A stretch of 64,000 nucleotides of DNA, from the NCBI GenBank assembly GCA_964513145.1, contig CAZELK010000001.1:64001-128000 (forward strand), in the 5' to 3' direction. The notes beneath the pieces are model-generated. The model was not told the origin of the DNA and ran no database searches. It was given only the letters and a program-made list of their open reading frames with translations. A program made the translations under genes and the position numbers. Source of the DNA: Candidatus Woesearchaeota archaeon (GTDB lineage: Archaea > Nanobdellota > Nanobdellia > SCGC-AAA011-G17 > JACPIM01). Positions 56,246-64,000 of this stretch are shown here, piece by piece (position 1 is the stretch's first letter; each line of letters begins with the position of its first letter).

Positions 56246-57400
56246 ATGTTTAATTCTATTGTAGTTCATTATGGAGAAATCGGGTTAAAAGGAAACAACC
56301 GCTCTTTTTTTGAGAAGAAATTAGTTGAGAACATAAGATGGAACTTAAAAAATATAAATTTTATTTCAGTAAAAAGAATTTTTGGGAGAATAATTATTGA
56401 AATAGATGAATCAACAAAAATTAATGAAATTAAAGACAAATTGAGCAATATTTTTGGAATAGCGCATTTTTCTTTTGCTGTAAGGACAGGATTAACTATA
56501 GAAGAAATAAAACAAGTATCTTTAAAACTAATTTCAAATAAGAATTCATTTAGAGTAAAAACGATGAGAGCTAATAAGATTTTTACTTATTCATCTTCAG
56601 AAGTAAACAATATTGTTGGCGAATTTATTGTGAAAAATAAAAAATTGAAAGTTGATTTAAATAATGCTGATGAAACTATATTTATAGAAATAACTGACAA
56701 AGATGCTTTTATTTATAATGAAAAAATAAAATCTCTTGGCGGTTTGCCTGTAGGGGTTTCTGGAAAAGTAGTTTCTTTAATATCTGGTGGCATTGATTCA
56801 CCAGTATCTTCTTATTTGATGATGAAAAGAGGATGCAGCGTAATTTTTGTACATTTTTTTAATAGCACTATAAATACTAAGCAATCTTTAGAAAAAGTAA
56901 TTAGTCTAGTTGATGTTCTTAGTAAATATCAATTTAAAACTAAGTTGTATTTAGTACCTTTTGAAAATATACAGAAAGAAATAATAAAATATGTTAATTC
57001 GAAATACAGGATGATTGTTTACAAGAGATTTATGCTTAAGATCTCTGAGAAAATACTTGAAACTGAAGAAGCCTTATCTTTAGTTGATGGTTGTAATATT
57101 GGGCAAGTTGCGAGTCAAACTTTATCGAATATAAATGTTATAAACAAAGCTTCGGATTTTCAGGTATTATCTCCATTATTGAGTTTTGATAAAGATGAAA
57201 TAATACAAATTGCCAAAAAAATACATACTTTTGAGGTTTCAATATTGCCATATCAAGACTGCTGTTCTTTTTTAATTTCAGAACATCCAGCTACCAAGTC
57301 TAATTTAAAAGAAATAGAAGAATTTGAGAAAAAACTAAATGAAAAAGAATTAATAGAGCGAGCAATAAGAAATGCAACTGTGAAAAAAATACTAAATTAA
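56246..57400 (+). CDS. thiI: tRNA 4-thiouridine synthase ThiI (THUMP plus PP-loop, no rhodanese domain)
   Basis: HYGEIGLKGNNR, GLPVG, SGGIDSPV, GQVASQT, DCC. Confidence 0.95.
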   Translation: MFNSIVVHYGEIGLKGNNRSFFEKKLVENIRWNLKNINFISVKRIFGRIIIEIDESTKINEIKDKLSNIFGIAHFSFAVRTGLTIEEIKQVSLKLISNKNSFRVKTMRANKIFTYSSSEVNNIVGEFIVKNKKLKVDLNNADETIFIEITDKDAFIYNEKIKSLGGLPVGVSGKVVSLISGGIDSPVSSYLMMKRGCSVIFVHFFNSTINTKQSLEKVISLVDVLSKYQFKTKLYLVPFENIQKEIIKYVNSKYRMIVYKRFMLKISEKILETEEALSLVDGCNIGQVASQTLSNINVINKASDFQVLSPLLSFDKDEIIQIAKKIHTFEVSILPYQDCCSFLISEHPATKSNLKEIEEFEKKLNEKELIERAIRNATVKKILN

Positions 57401-57401
57401 A

Positions 57402-58310
57402 ATGCCCTGCAGAAATTGTGAAAATAACCCAGTAATAAAACTTCCGAATAGCAATATTTACCAATGTAAAAAATGCTTTAATAGGTATTTAGAGAAAAAA
57501 GTAAGAAAAACAATAAGAATTCACAAATTAATTGGCAAGAAAGATGTTATTGGTTGTGCTTGCAGCGGTGGCAAGGATAGCATGACAACTTTATATATTT
57601 TAAATAATATATTAAAACCACAAGGACTGAAAATAATTGCCCTAGCAATTGATGAAGGAATTGAAGGTTATAGGGATTTAACATTTTTAAAGAATTTCTG
57701 CAGTAAGAATAAAATAAAATTACATACTTTTTCATATAAAAAAGAATTTAACAAGACTTTAGACACCATGCTGAAATTAACAAATGAAAAGCCCTGTTCA
57801 ATTTGCGGTGTTTTCAGAAGATATCTACTAAATACAAAAGCAAGAAAATTAGGAGTTACTAAATTAGCAACAGGACATAATTTAGATGATGAAGCTCAGA
57901 CAATCTTAATGAACCAGTTCAGAAGGAATATTGCTGCTTCCGCACGTTTAGGGCCAATTACAGGAACTATTAATGATGAAAGATTTGTAAGAAGAATAAA
58001 GCCTCTTTATTTTTTAACTGAAAGGGAGGTTGCTGTTTTTGCTATTTTAAATAATTTAAAGGATGACTACAATGAATGTCCGAATGCTGCTTTATCTTAT
58101 AGGTGTAACATAAGGGACATGTTGAATGATATAGAAGCAAAATATCCAGGTACGAAACATTCAATTGTAAATTCTTTTATGGAAATACAACCGATGCTAA
58201 GGAAATTTTTTAACACAAAAAAAATCAAAACATGCAAATATTGTTTCGAACCTTGTTCACAAGATGTGTGCCAGGCGTGCAAATTAGCTATGAAATTAAA
58301 ATTATTATAG
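57402..58310 (+). CDS. ttuA: tRNA 2-thiolation enzyme TtuA/NcsA
   Basis: N- and C-terminal Zn-finger Cys clusters, SGGKDS, CSIC, TGHNLDDE, ECP. Confidence 0.9.
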   Translation: MPCRNCENNPVIKLPNSNIYQCKKCFNRYLEKKVRKTIRIHKLIGKKDVIGCACSGGKDSMTTLYILNNILKPQGLKIIALAIDEGIEGYRDLTFLKNFCSKNKIKLHTFSYKKEFNKTLDTMLKLTNEKPCSICGVFRRYLLNTKARKLGVTKLATGHNLDDEAQTILMNQFRRNIAASARLGPITGTINDERFVRRIKPLYFLTEREVAVFAILNNLKDDYNECPNAALSYRCNIRDMLNDIEAKYPGTKHSIVNSFMEIQPMLRKFFNTKKIKTCKYCFEPCSQDVCQACKLAMKLKLL

Positions 58311-58317
58311 GATTAAA

Positions 58318-60150
58318 TTATTTGAACATGTTAAACATGCCTTCTTTGAAGCTGCTTTCTTCCTTTCTTCTTTTTAAATAAGAACTATTTTTCCTGAAAC
58401 TATCAAGATTTTCTTTTTTTGCCTTTACTTCAACATAATCTCTGTAATTTCTTTCTGGCTTAAATTTCATGTGCTGCAATTCTTTTTTAACATAATTCTC
58501 GTTTTTTTCAATTTTATTTTGCAACATTTTTTTTACTTCGCTGGCATATTCAGCTACTGTTCTTTCATTTCTCTTTTTTGCTTGAAAGAATTTTCTTTTC
58601 TTTAGGAATAATAAAATTCCAAGAATAATTAAGACAGATATTGTAAATATTAGGCTTGAATTGTTTTTATAGTATACAATTTTATCACCATCTATTTTTA
58701 TATTATTAAATATTTTGTCATTAATAGTTACTTTGTACAGTCCAGTTTTTGCTTCTGTACCAAGATCCAAGCTAAAACTTTCTCCTGGTTCAAGGTTAAC
58801 TTTTTTTGATGTTGTTAAACTTTCAGTAACGCCGTCTAATTTTATATTTAATGCTTCATTATAATCAACATTTCCTGTATTTGTTACTACCAAAGTCTGC
58901 CCTTGCAGATTGATTGCTATTTTTTTTACTTCACTAATATAAAACTTTTTTTCAGCTTTTAAATCATCTGAGCGTGCTTTTATTATCCATTCGCCTGGTC
59001 TGGCCACTGCTGGTAAAATGAACTCAACAGAGTCTTTTATAGTCTGATCAAATTTATTTGCTGTACTAGAGTCTTTTATCTCTATATTTACATCTCTGCT
59101 TATTAAATCACCACCTTGATCATAAACTAAAGCCTTGATTTTTATTTTTTCCCCAGGTTTATAGGAATCTTTATCTAAATTTATTTCTATTCTTTGCGAA
59201 ATTGCAGAAATGATAATATTTACTGAATTACTACCTTTATTTCCAGAACTATCAGTAGCTTCCACAACAACATTCTGAGACCCTGCTTTTATATTGTCAT
59301 CAACTTTTATTTTATGTGATATATCACCAAGAAGAATATTGCCATCAAATTCTTTATTATCAAATTTTATTTTATATGAACCAGAATTAACTCTTTTACC
59401 ATAAATATCCTTAACCTGGCCATTTATTTCGAATTCTTCACCAGGATTTATTTTATCTTTGCTTAATTTTACTTCCAAATTTAATAAATTTGTAATAGTA
59501 AATTTTATAGCTTCTGTAAATGAGTTTTCATTACTGTTTACATCTCTTACATTAAAGTCAATAGAATATTCCCCAATTGATGTATAATTGGATGGTATTT
59601 TAAACAATAAATTTCCGTCCTTTATATTGAGAGTATCTATGAAAAGTATATTTTTATCTCTTTTCAAGTAAACATTTGCAATTCCATTAATTTTCTTTCC
59701 ATTAACTTTAAATATCTCGCCCCTTACATCAACATCATCGCCTAACTGCACTTTGCTATTTACAAGAATAAAATTTCCCTTTAATTCTTTTGTAATTATG
59801 ATTAAATCACTTAATTTTTCTTCAATTAAATTATTGTTTTCTTCTAAAGTGCTTTTTAGGTTACACTCGCCCTCTATTATATTTGGGATTGTAAACTCCT
59901 CCTGAAAATTGTACTTTTCATTGGCATTAATATTTATTGTTCTAGTCATTAATGGTATGCTGCTTTCTTTGCAAATTAAAATTACCTTGAATAAGCCATT
60001 AAAATTATTTTCCCTGGAAATAAAGCCTACAAAGTTCATTATGTCACCAAAGTTATATGTTTTTGGGTTAATTTCATTAAATGATATTGCAGCATAAATA
60101 TTTGGCAGCAAAACGAGCATTAAAACTACTAATAAAAGACCTCTTTTCAT
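58318..60150 (-). CDS. Large secreted, C-terminally anchored beta-sandwich (Ig-like) surface protein
   Basis: Signal peptide, repeated beta-rich modules (Y.PGE.I.I, VTNTGN), C-terminal TM plus basic tail. Confidence 0.75.
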   Translation of the reverse strand: MKRGLLLVVLMLVLLPNIYAAISFNEINPKTYNFGDIMNFVGFISRENNFNGLFKVILICKESSIPLMTRTININANEKYNFQEEFTIPNIIEGECNLKSTLEENNNLIEEKLSDLIIITKELKGNFILVNSKVQLGDDVDVRGEIFKVNGKKINGIANVYLKRDKNILFIDTLNIKDGNLLFKIPSNYTSIGEYSIDFNVRDVNSNENSFTEAIKFTITNLLNLEVKLSKDKINPGEEFEINGQVKDIYGKRVNSGSYKIKFDNKEFDGNILLGDISHKIKVDDNIKAGSQNVVVEATDSSGNKGSNSVNIIISAISQRIEINLDKDSYKPGEKIKIKALVYDQGGDLISRDVNIEIKDSSTANKFDQTIKDSVEFILPAVARPGEWIIKARSDDLKAEKKFYISEVKKIAINLQGQTLVVTNTGNVDYNEALNIKLDGVTESLTTSKKVNLEPGESFSLDLGTEAKTGLYKVTINDKIFNNIKIDGDKIVYYKNNSSLIFTISVLIILGILLFLKKRKFFQAKKRNERTVAEYASEVKKMLQNKIEKNENYVKKELQHMKFKPERNYRDYVEVKAKKENLDSFRKNSSYLKRRKEESSFKEGMFNMFK

Positions 60151-60195
60151 AACTTTAACATAGTATATTCCTTTAAATATTTTATTATTATTTGG

Positions 60196-60411
60196 CTATA
60201 ATTCTTGGATCCTTTCTTCTATAATCCTTGATATTGGCTTTTTGTTTTTCTCACTTAAGTCTTTTAATTTGTTTATAGTTCTAATTGATAAAGTTAGGTC
60301 TATTCTTTTTCTCTGAAATGGCAATTTTCGAGTTTTATCATAGTTCTCTAGACTATCAAAAACGTACTTATATTTCTTTTTCATTCTTTTAATGTCTTTA
60401 TTTGATTGCAT
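60196..60411 (-). CDS. Ribbon-helix-helix protein, putative antitoxin
   Basis: KRIDLTLS..TINKLKDLS....PISRIIEE RHH pattern; overlaps the Doc-like gene. Confidence 0.7.
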   Translation of the reverse strand: MQSNKDIKRMKKKYKYVFDSLENYDKTRKLPFQRKRIDLTLSIRTINKLKDLSEKNKKPISRIIEERIQEL

Positions 60412-60733
60412 TTTTTAGTCTCCAAATAATATCGTCAATATCAGTAATATTTTTTTTAGCTATTGAAACTATATGGTGCAGTAATAAATCAAAATCCGAA
60501 GTTTTTCCTTCCTGCTCAGCCAAAAATAAAACAATATAGGCTGCTGTTCTTTTATTTGCATCTGTAAATGGGTGATCAACCAAAATTGCTCTTATAAGAT
60601 AAGATAATTTTCTATAATTTCCAAATTTTTTGTTATTTAACATGTCTAAAGCAAAATCTAAACTAGATTCGCTTCTTAAACTTCCTCCAAAGGCCTTGTT
60701 TATTCTAATTATATCTTCCTTACTAATATTCAT
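60398..60733 (-). CDS. doc: Fic/Doc-family toxin (Doc-like)
   Basis: HPFTDANKRTA matches the Doc-type HxFx(D/N)ANKR motif; ATG 60733 preferred. Confidence 0.85.
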   Translation of the reverse strand: MNISKEDIIRINKAFGGSLRSESSLDFALDMLNNKKFGNYRKLSYLIRAILVDHPFTDANKRTAAYIVLFLAEQEGKTSDFDLLLHHIVSIAKKNITDIDDIIWRLKNAIK

Positions 60734-60807
60734 ACACATAAATATTAGTAACTTATTTATAAATATTTGCAATAATCTTTATATAGAACTGATTTGTTTA
60801 TTAAGAT

Positions 60808-62982
60808 ATGAAGATATTGACAATTCATGCTGATTATCTTAAGTTTAAGCCTTTAAAACAGGCAATAAAGGAAGCTGAAGAAGCCAGCAAAAAAGAGACA
60901 GATGTCAAGGAATGCCTAGTAGTATTTACAGCAGTGGAACAAGGAGATGAAAAAGACCCAAAAATTTTAGTTGATAATTTATTTAAAGAAGTAGACAATA
61001 TTGCAAAACAAGTTAAAACAAAAAGTATTGTACTTTATCCTTATGCACATTTAAGCTCTAAATTAGCATCGCCGAAATTTGCATTGCAAGTTTTAAAAGA
61101 TGCAGAAGAAAAATTAAAAAAATCTTTTAAAGTCACAAGAGCTCCTTTTGGGCATTACAAATCTTTTGAGATTTCATGCAAAGGCCACCCATTGTCGGAA
61201 TTATCAAGGGAAATACTGGCTGATTCCAACGGGACTGAAAAAATTGACAAGCCTTTAGAGATCAATATAAAAGAATTAAACAAACTAGACAAATTAAGAA
61301 ATACTTTTAATATTTTATTGGCGAAGTCAATTTTATCTTTATTTCCAAATACAAAACCAGCTTTATCTTTTTTAGACGAAGACAAGTTTTATTATGATTT
61401 TGAAAAGCAACACCCGTTTACACCTGATGATTTAAAAAAAATAGAAAACAAAATGCAGGAATTATTGAATAGGGGAATAAAATTAAAGAAGATCACTAAA
61501 AATCCGGAACTTTTGTTTAAAGAAAATAAATACAAATTAGAAATCCTGAAAGATGTTAAAAAAATTAAATTTTATGAACTAGACAATTTTAATGATGTAA
61601 TTATAGGTGGTGCTTTGGAAGAGATTCCGAAAAACTCATCTTTTAAATTATTAAATTCGTCAGGAGTCTATTGGAAAGGTTCTTCTTTAAACAAGCAACT
61701 ACAAAGGGTTTATGGAATAGCTTTTGAAAATAAACAAGACTTAGAAAAATATCTTAAAAATTTAGAAGAACTACAAAAAAGAGACCATAGAAAACTGGGC
61801 GAGCAATTAGGATTATATTTTTTCCATGAATATTCGCCTGGTGCACCAATATTTTTACCAAAAGGAGCTTTAATTTATAATGAATTAATTAATTTATTAA
61901 GGGAGGAATATAAAAAGAGAGGATATCAGGAAGTTATAACTCCGTTACTGTATGAAAAGAGTTTATGGGAAACTTCGGGTCATTGGGAACATTATAAGGA
62001 AAATATGTTTTTAATGGAAAGCGAAAAGAGAATATTTAGTCTTAAACCAATGAATTGCCCATCTCATTGCTTAATTTTCAAGCATAACTTAATCAGCTAT
62101 AAAGACCTCCCTTTAAGAATTGCTGATTTTGCGCCTTTGCATAGAAATGAATTATCAGGAACTTTGAGCGGATTAACAAGGGTAAGAAAATTTTCCCAGG
62201 ACGACGCCCACATATTTGTCTCAGAAAATTTATTAGAAAAAGAAATTGAAAATGTCCTTGATTTTGAAAAATTTGTTTATAATAAAATTTTTAATTTAGA
62301 TTATTATATGAGACTGGGGACAAGACCTGATAATTTTATGGGTGATAAGCACTTATGGGACAAAGCAGAAAAATTTCTGGAGAAAATATTGAAGAATAAA
62401 AAAATAAATTACAAGATTGTTGAAAAAGAGGGGGCATTTTATGGACCAAAAATAGACATGCTTGTAAAGGATGTCCTTGGAAGGGAATGGCAATTAGCTA
62501 CAATACAATTGGATTTTCAGATTCCCTTAAGATTTGGTTTAACATACGAAGGAAGTGACGGCAATAAACATCATCCAATAATGATTCATAGGGCTGTTTT
62601 TGGATCTATGGAAAGATTTTTTGCTTTAATGGTAGAAAATTTTGCAGGAAAATTTCCTTTATGGTTATCCCCGGTTCAAGCATCAATAATAACAGTTACT
62701 GACAGAAATGTTGAATTTGCAAAACAAATTGAAGAGAAATTGAAAGAATTTAATATAAGGGCAGAGTTAAATGATGCACAAGAAACTTTAGGAAAAAAAG
62801 TTTTGGAAGCTACAAAGCAAAAAATTCCTTATGTTATTACCATAGGAGACAAGGAAGTTGAAAGCAAGACTTTAGCAGTAAGAAACAGGGATGGCAAAGT
62901 TAAATTTAATGTAAGAGTTGATGAATTTTTAAAATTGTTAAATGAAGAAATAAAAACAAGAAGCTTAAGTTCTAAATTATAA
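60808..62982 (+). CDS. thrS: Threonine--tRNA ligase (archaeal editing domain, degenerate N2 domain, bacterial-type core)
   Basis: YPYAHLSS, APFGHYK, CKGHPLSELSR; RDHRKLG, KPMNCP, QDDAH, YGPKID, IHRA. Confidence 0.97.
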   Translation: MKILTIHADYLKFKPLKQAIKEAEEASKKETDVKECLVVFTAVEQGDEKDPKILVDNLFKEVDNIAKQVKTKSIVLYPYAHLSSKLASPKFALQVLKDAEEKLKKSFKVTRAPFGHYKSFEISCKGHPLSELSREILADSNGTEKIDKPLEINIKELNKLDKLRNTFNILLAKSILSLFPNTKPALSFLDEDKFYYDFEKQHPFTPDDLKKIENKMQELLNRGIKLKKITKNPELLFKENKYKLEILKDVKKIKFYELDNFNDVIIGGALEEIPKNSSFKLLNSSGVYWKGSSLNKQLQRVYGIAFENKQDLEKYLKNLEELQKRDHRKLGEQLGLYFFHEYSPGAPIFLPKGALIYNELINLLREEYKKRGYQEVITPLLYEKSLWETSGHWEHYKENMFLMESEKRIFSLKPMNCPSHCLIFKHNLISYKDLPLRIADFAPLHRNELSGTLSGLTRVRKFSQDDAHIFVSENLLEKEIENVLDFEKFVYNKIFNLDYYMRLGTRPDNFMGDKHLWDKAEKFLEKILKNKKINYKIVEKEGAFYGPKIDMLVKDVLGREWQLATIQLDFQIPLRFGLTYEGSDGNKHHPIMIHRAVFGSMERFFALMVENFAGKFPLWLSPVQASIITVTDRNVEFAKQIEEKLKEFNIRAELNDAQETLGKKVLEATKQKIPYVITIGDKEVESKTLAVRNRDGKVKFNVRVDEFLKLLNEEIKTRSLSSKL

Positions 62983-62983
62983 A

Positions 62984-63415
62984 ATGTTAATTGTAAGTTT
63001 TGATGAACTGACTAAAGCTGATTTGACTAATTATGCCTTTTCAATAGGCGATGAACAAATTCTAAGATTTTGTATTGATATTAAACACAAACTTCTTTGT
63101 TTTGGTTCTGAAAAAGAAGACCATATTAAACAAGGGGAAACTCTTCTAAATCAAGAACAGAATACAGAATGTTTAGATGAAAAAGAGATTGCTAAATTGT
63201 TGCTCGATCATATTGTTGGGGGAAGTATTTTTCTTGAAAACTCAAATCCTAAAAATGCCTTTATTTTATTAGGCGGTTCTTCAGTTGAGCAGGGCTTAAA
63301 TCTTATACTAAAACAGTCTCATAGTAAACACTCATTTGTTACAGCTCAAAATTATGCAGATAGGGTTTTCAAAAAATTCCATTCTTTTTTAAGAATTAAA
63401 GTTAATTTTAAATAA
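62984..63415 (+). CDS. Hypothetical protein
   Basis: Starts 1 nt after the thrS stop; 143 aa. Confidence 0.6.
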   Translation: MLIVSFDELTKADLTNYAFSIGDEQILRFCIDIKHKLLCFGSEKEDHIKQGETLLNQEQNTECLDEKEIAKLLLDHIVGGSIFLENSNPKNAFILLGGSSVEQGLNLILKQSHSKHSFVTAQNYADRVFKKFHSFLRIKVNFK

Positions 63416-63475
63416 AAAGAAAGCTTTTTAAATTACTATTTAGTAGTAATTATATAATAATTAGAACTTATAAAC

Positions 63476-64000
63476 ATGAAACTCTTATTAAATTTAATGG
63501 ATGAAAAAGGAGAGAATATTGCTGATCGTTTGCATACACAAGCTAGGCTTTCTTTAGTATCATATTTAAACCCTGAAAAAAGAGAAAAAGCTCTAATAAG
63601 TATATATGGTTCAGATTTTAGAAAAGCAGAAACCTTTCCAATAAAAAATGTTTCTCTAATTTTAAGGAATTATAACCTTAAAAAAGCTGACAGCCCTTTA
63701 GTAATTGAAGAATATAGACGTCTTGAACGCGTTTTAGATTATCAAAGGAGAGTTTTTTGTCTTGATCTTGATGGGTTGATAATAGAAGAAGGTAAAACTA
63801 TCAAAGGAATTGAACAAGCAATTTTAGAAATAAGAAAAAAACACGGTGTTGTTATTTCTACGGCAGCTCCTGAAAAAGAAGCAATCGAAATGTTATCAAG
63901 AACAAATATTAATGCCCTTATTTTTGGTGATTTAGTTTCTCCTAAAGGTAAAAATTACAAATCTATAGATGAATTTTTTGGTTATGCTCATCCCCAAGAA
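63476..64000 (+). CDS. HAD-like hydrolase domain protein, runs off the window edge
   Basis: Hand translation is open to the window end; FCLDLDGLI (DxD motif I), VISTA, PKGK. Confidence 0.6.
   Translation, partial: MKLLLNLMDEKGENIADRLHTQARLSLVSYLNPEKREKALISIYGSDFRKAETFPIKNVSLILRNYNLKKADSPLVIEEYRRLERVLDYQRRVFCLDLDGLIIEEGKTIKGIEQAILEIRKKHGVVISTAAPEKEAIEMLSRTNINALIFGDLVSPKGKNYKSIDEFFGYAHPQE

Noticed and set aside
480-61385. Many short shadow ORFs in the track opposite or overlapping real genes (e.g. 2397-2750, 9825-10193, 19375-19824, 26442-26876, 37660-37977)
   Set aside because: They are short, hydrophobic or low-complexity antisense readings of well-supported genes, and unlike the tnpB case they do not span their gene or couple to neighbours.
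1-64000. Alternative genetic code or stop-codon readthrough
   Set aside because: Conserved genes are full length under code 11 and end in TAA, TGA or TAG at the expected positions.

Overview
AT-rich archaeal chromosome segment. The archaeal r-protein gene order (S4e, Rpp29, SUI1), thermosome and TATA-type promoters show it is archaeal; assignment to DPANN/Nanobdellota (Woesearchaeales-like) is an inference. It has four parts. (1) 1-9.5 kb: the minus-strand L3-to-S8 ribosomal protein operon, interrupted by an unknown ORF between rpl14 and rpl24 and by an intact, TnpA-less IS200/IS605 tnpB element inserted at the rps3/rpl29 junction. The antisense strand of the element is almost one continuous reading frame that starts 2 nt after the rps3 stop and ends in an ATGA overlap with the rpl29 start, which may be a translational-coupling relay that lets the element sit in an essential operon. 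(2) 9.7-45.4 kb: a mixed-orientation glycan/glycolipid modification island with about 9 glycosyltransferase genes, a flippase, an AsnB-type amidotransferase, 3 class I methyltransferases, an ABC exporter and 7 radical SAM enzymes, 5 of them B12-binding (one HpnJ-like). (3) 45.5-55.9 kb: housekeeping and small accessory genes, including a bacterial-type LeuRS with a NUDIX domain inserted in the editing region and an archaeal-like C-terminus, the thermosome, small membrane genes sharing a promoter motif, a secretion-ATPase N-domain without the ATPase, a 27-aa protamine-like peptide and a Kazal-domain protein. (4) 56-64 kb: a ubiquitin-like/ThiI/TtuA tRNA-thiolation operon, a large surface protein, a Doc-like toxin with an RHH antitoxin, and a chimeric ThrRS (archaeal editing domain, degenerate bacterial N2 domain, bacterial-type core). 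No CRISPR array, tRNA or rRNA gene was seen. All family assignments come from motif recognition by eye; no database searches were run.
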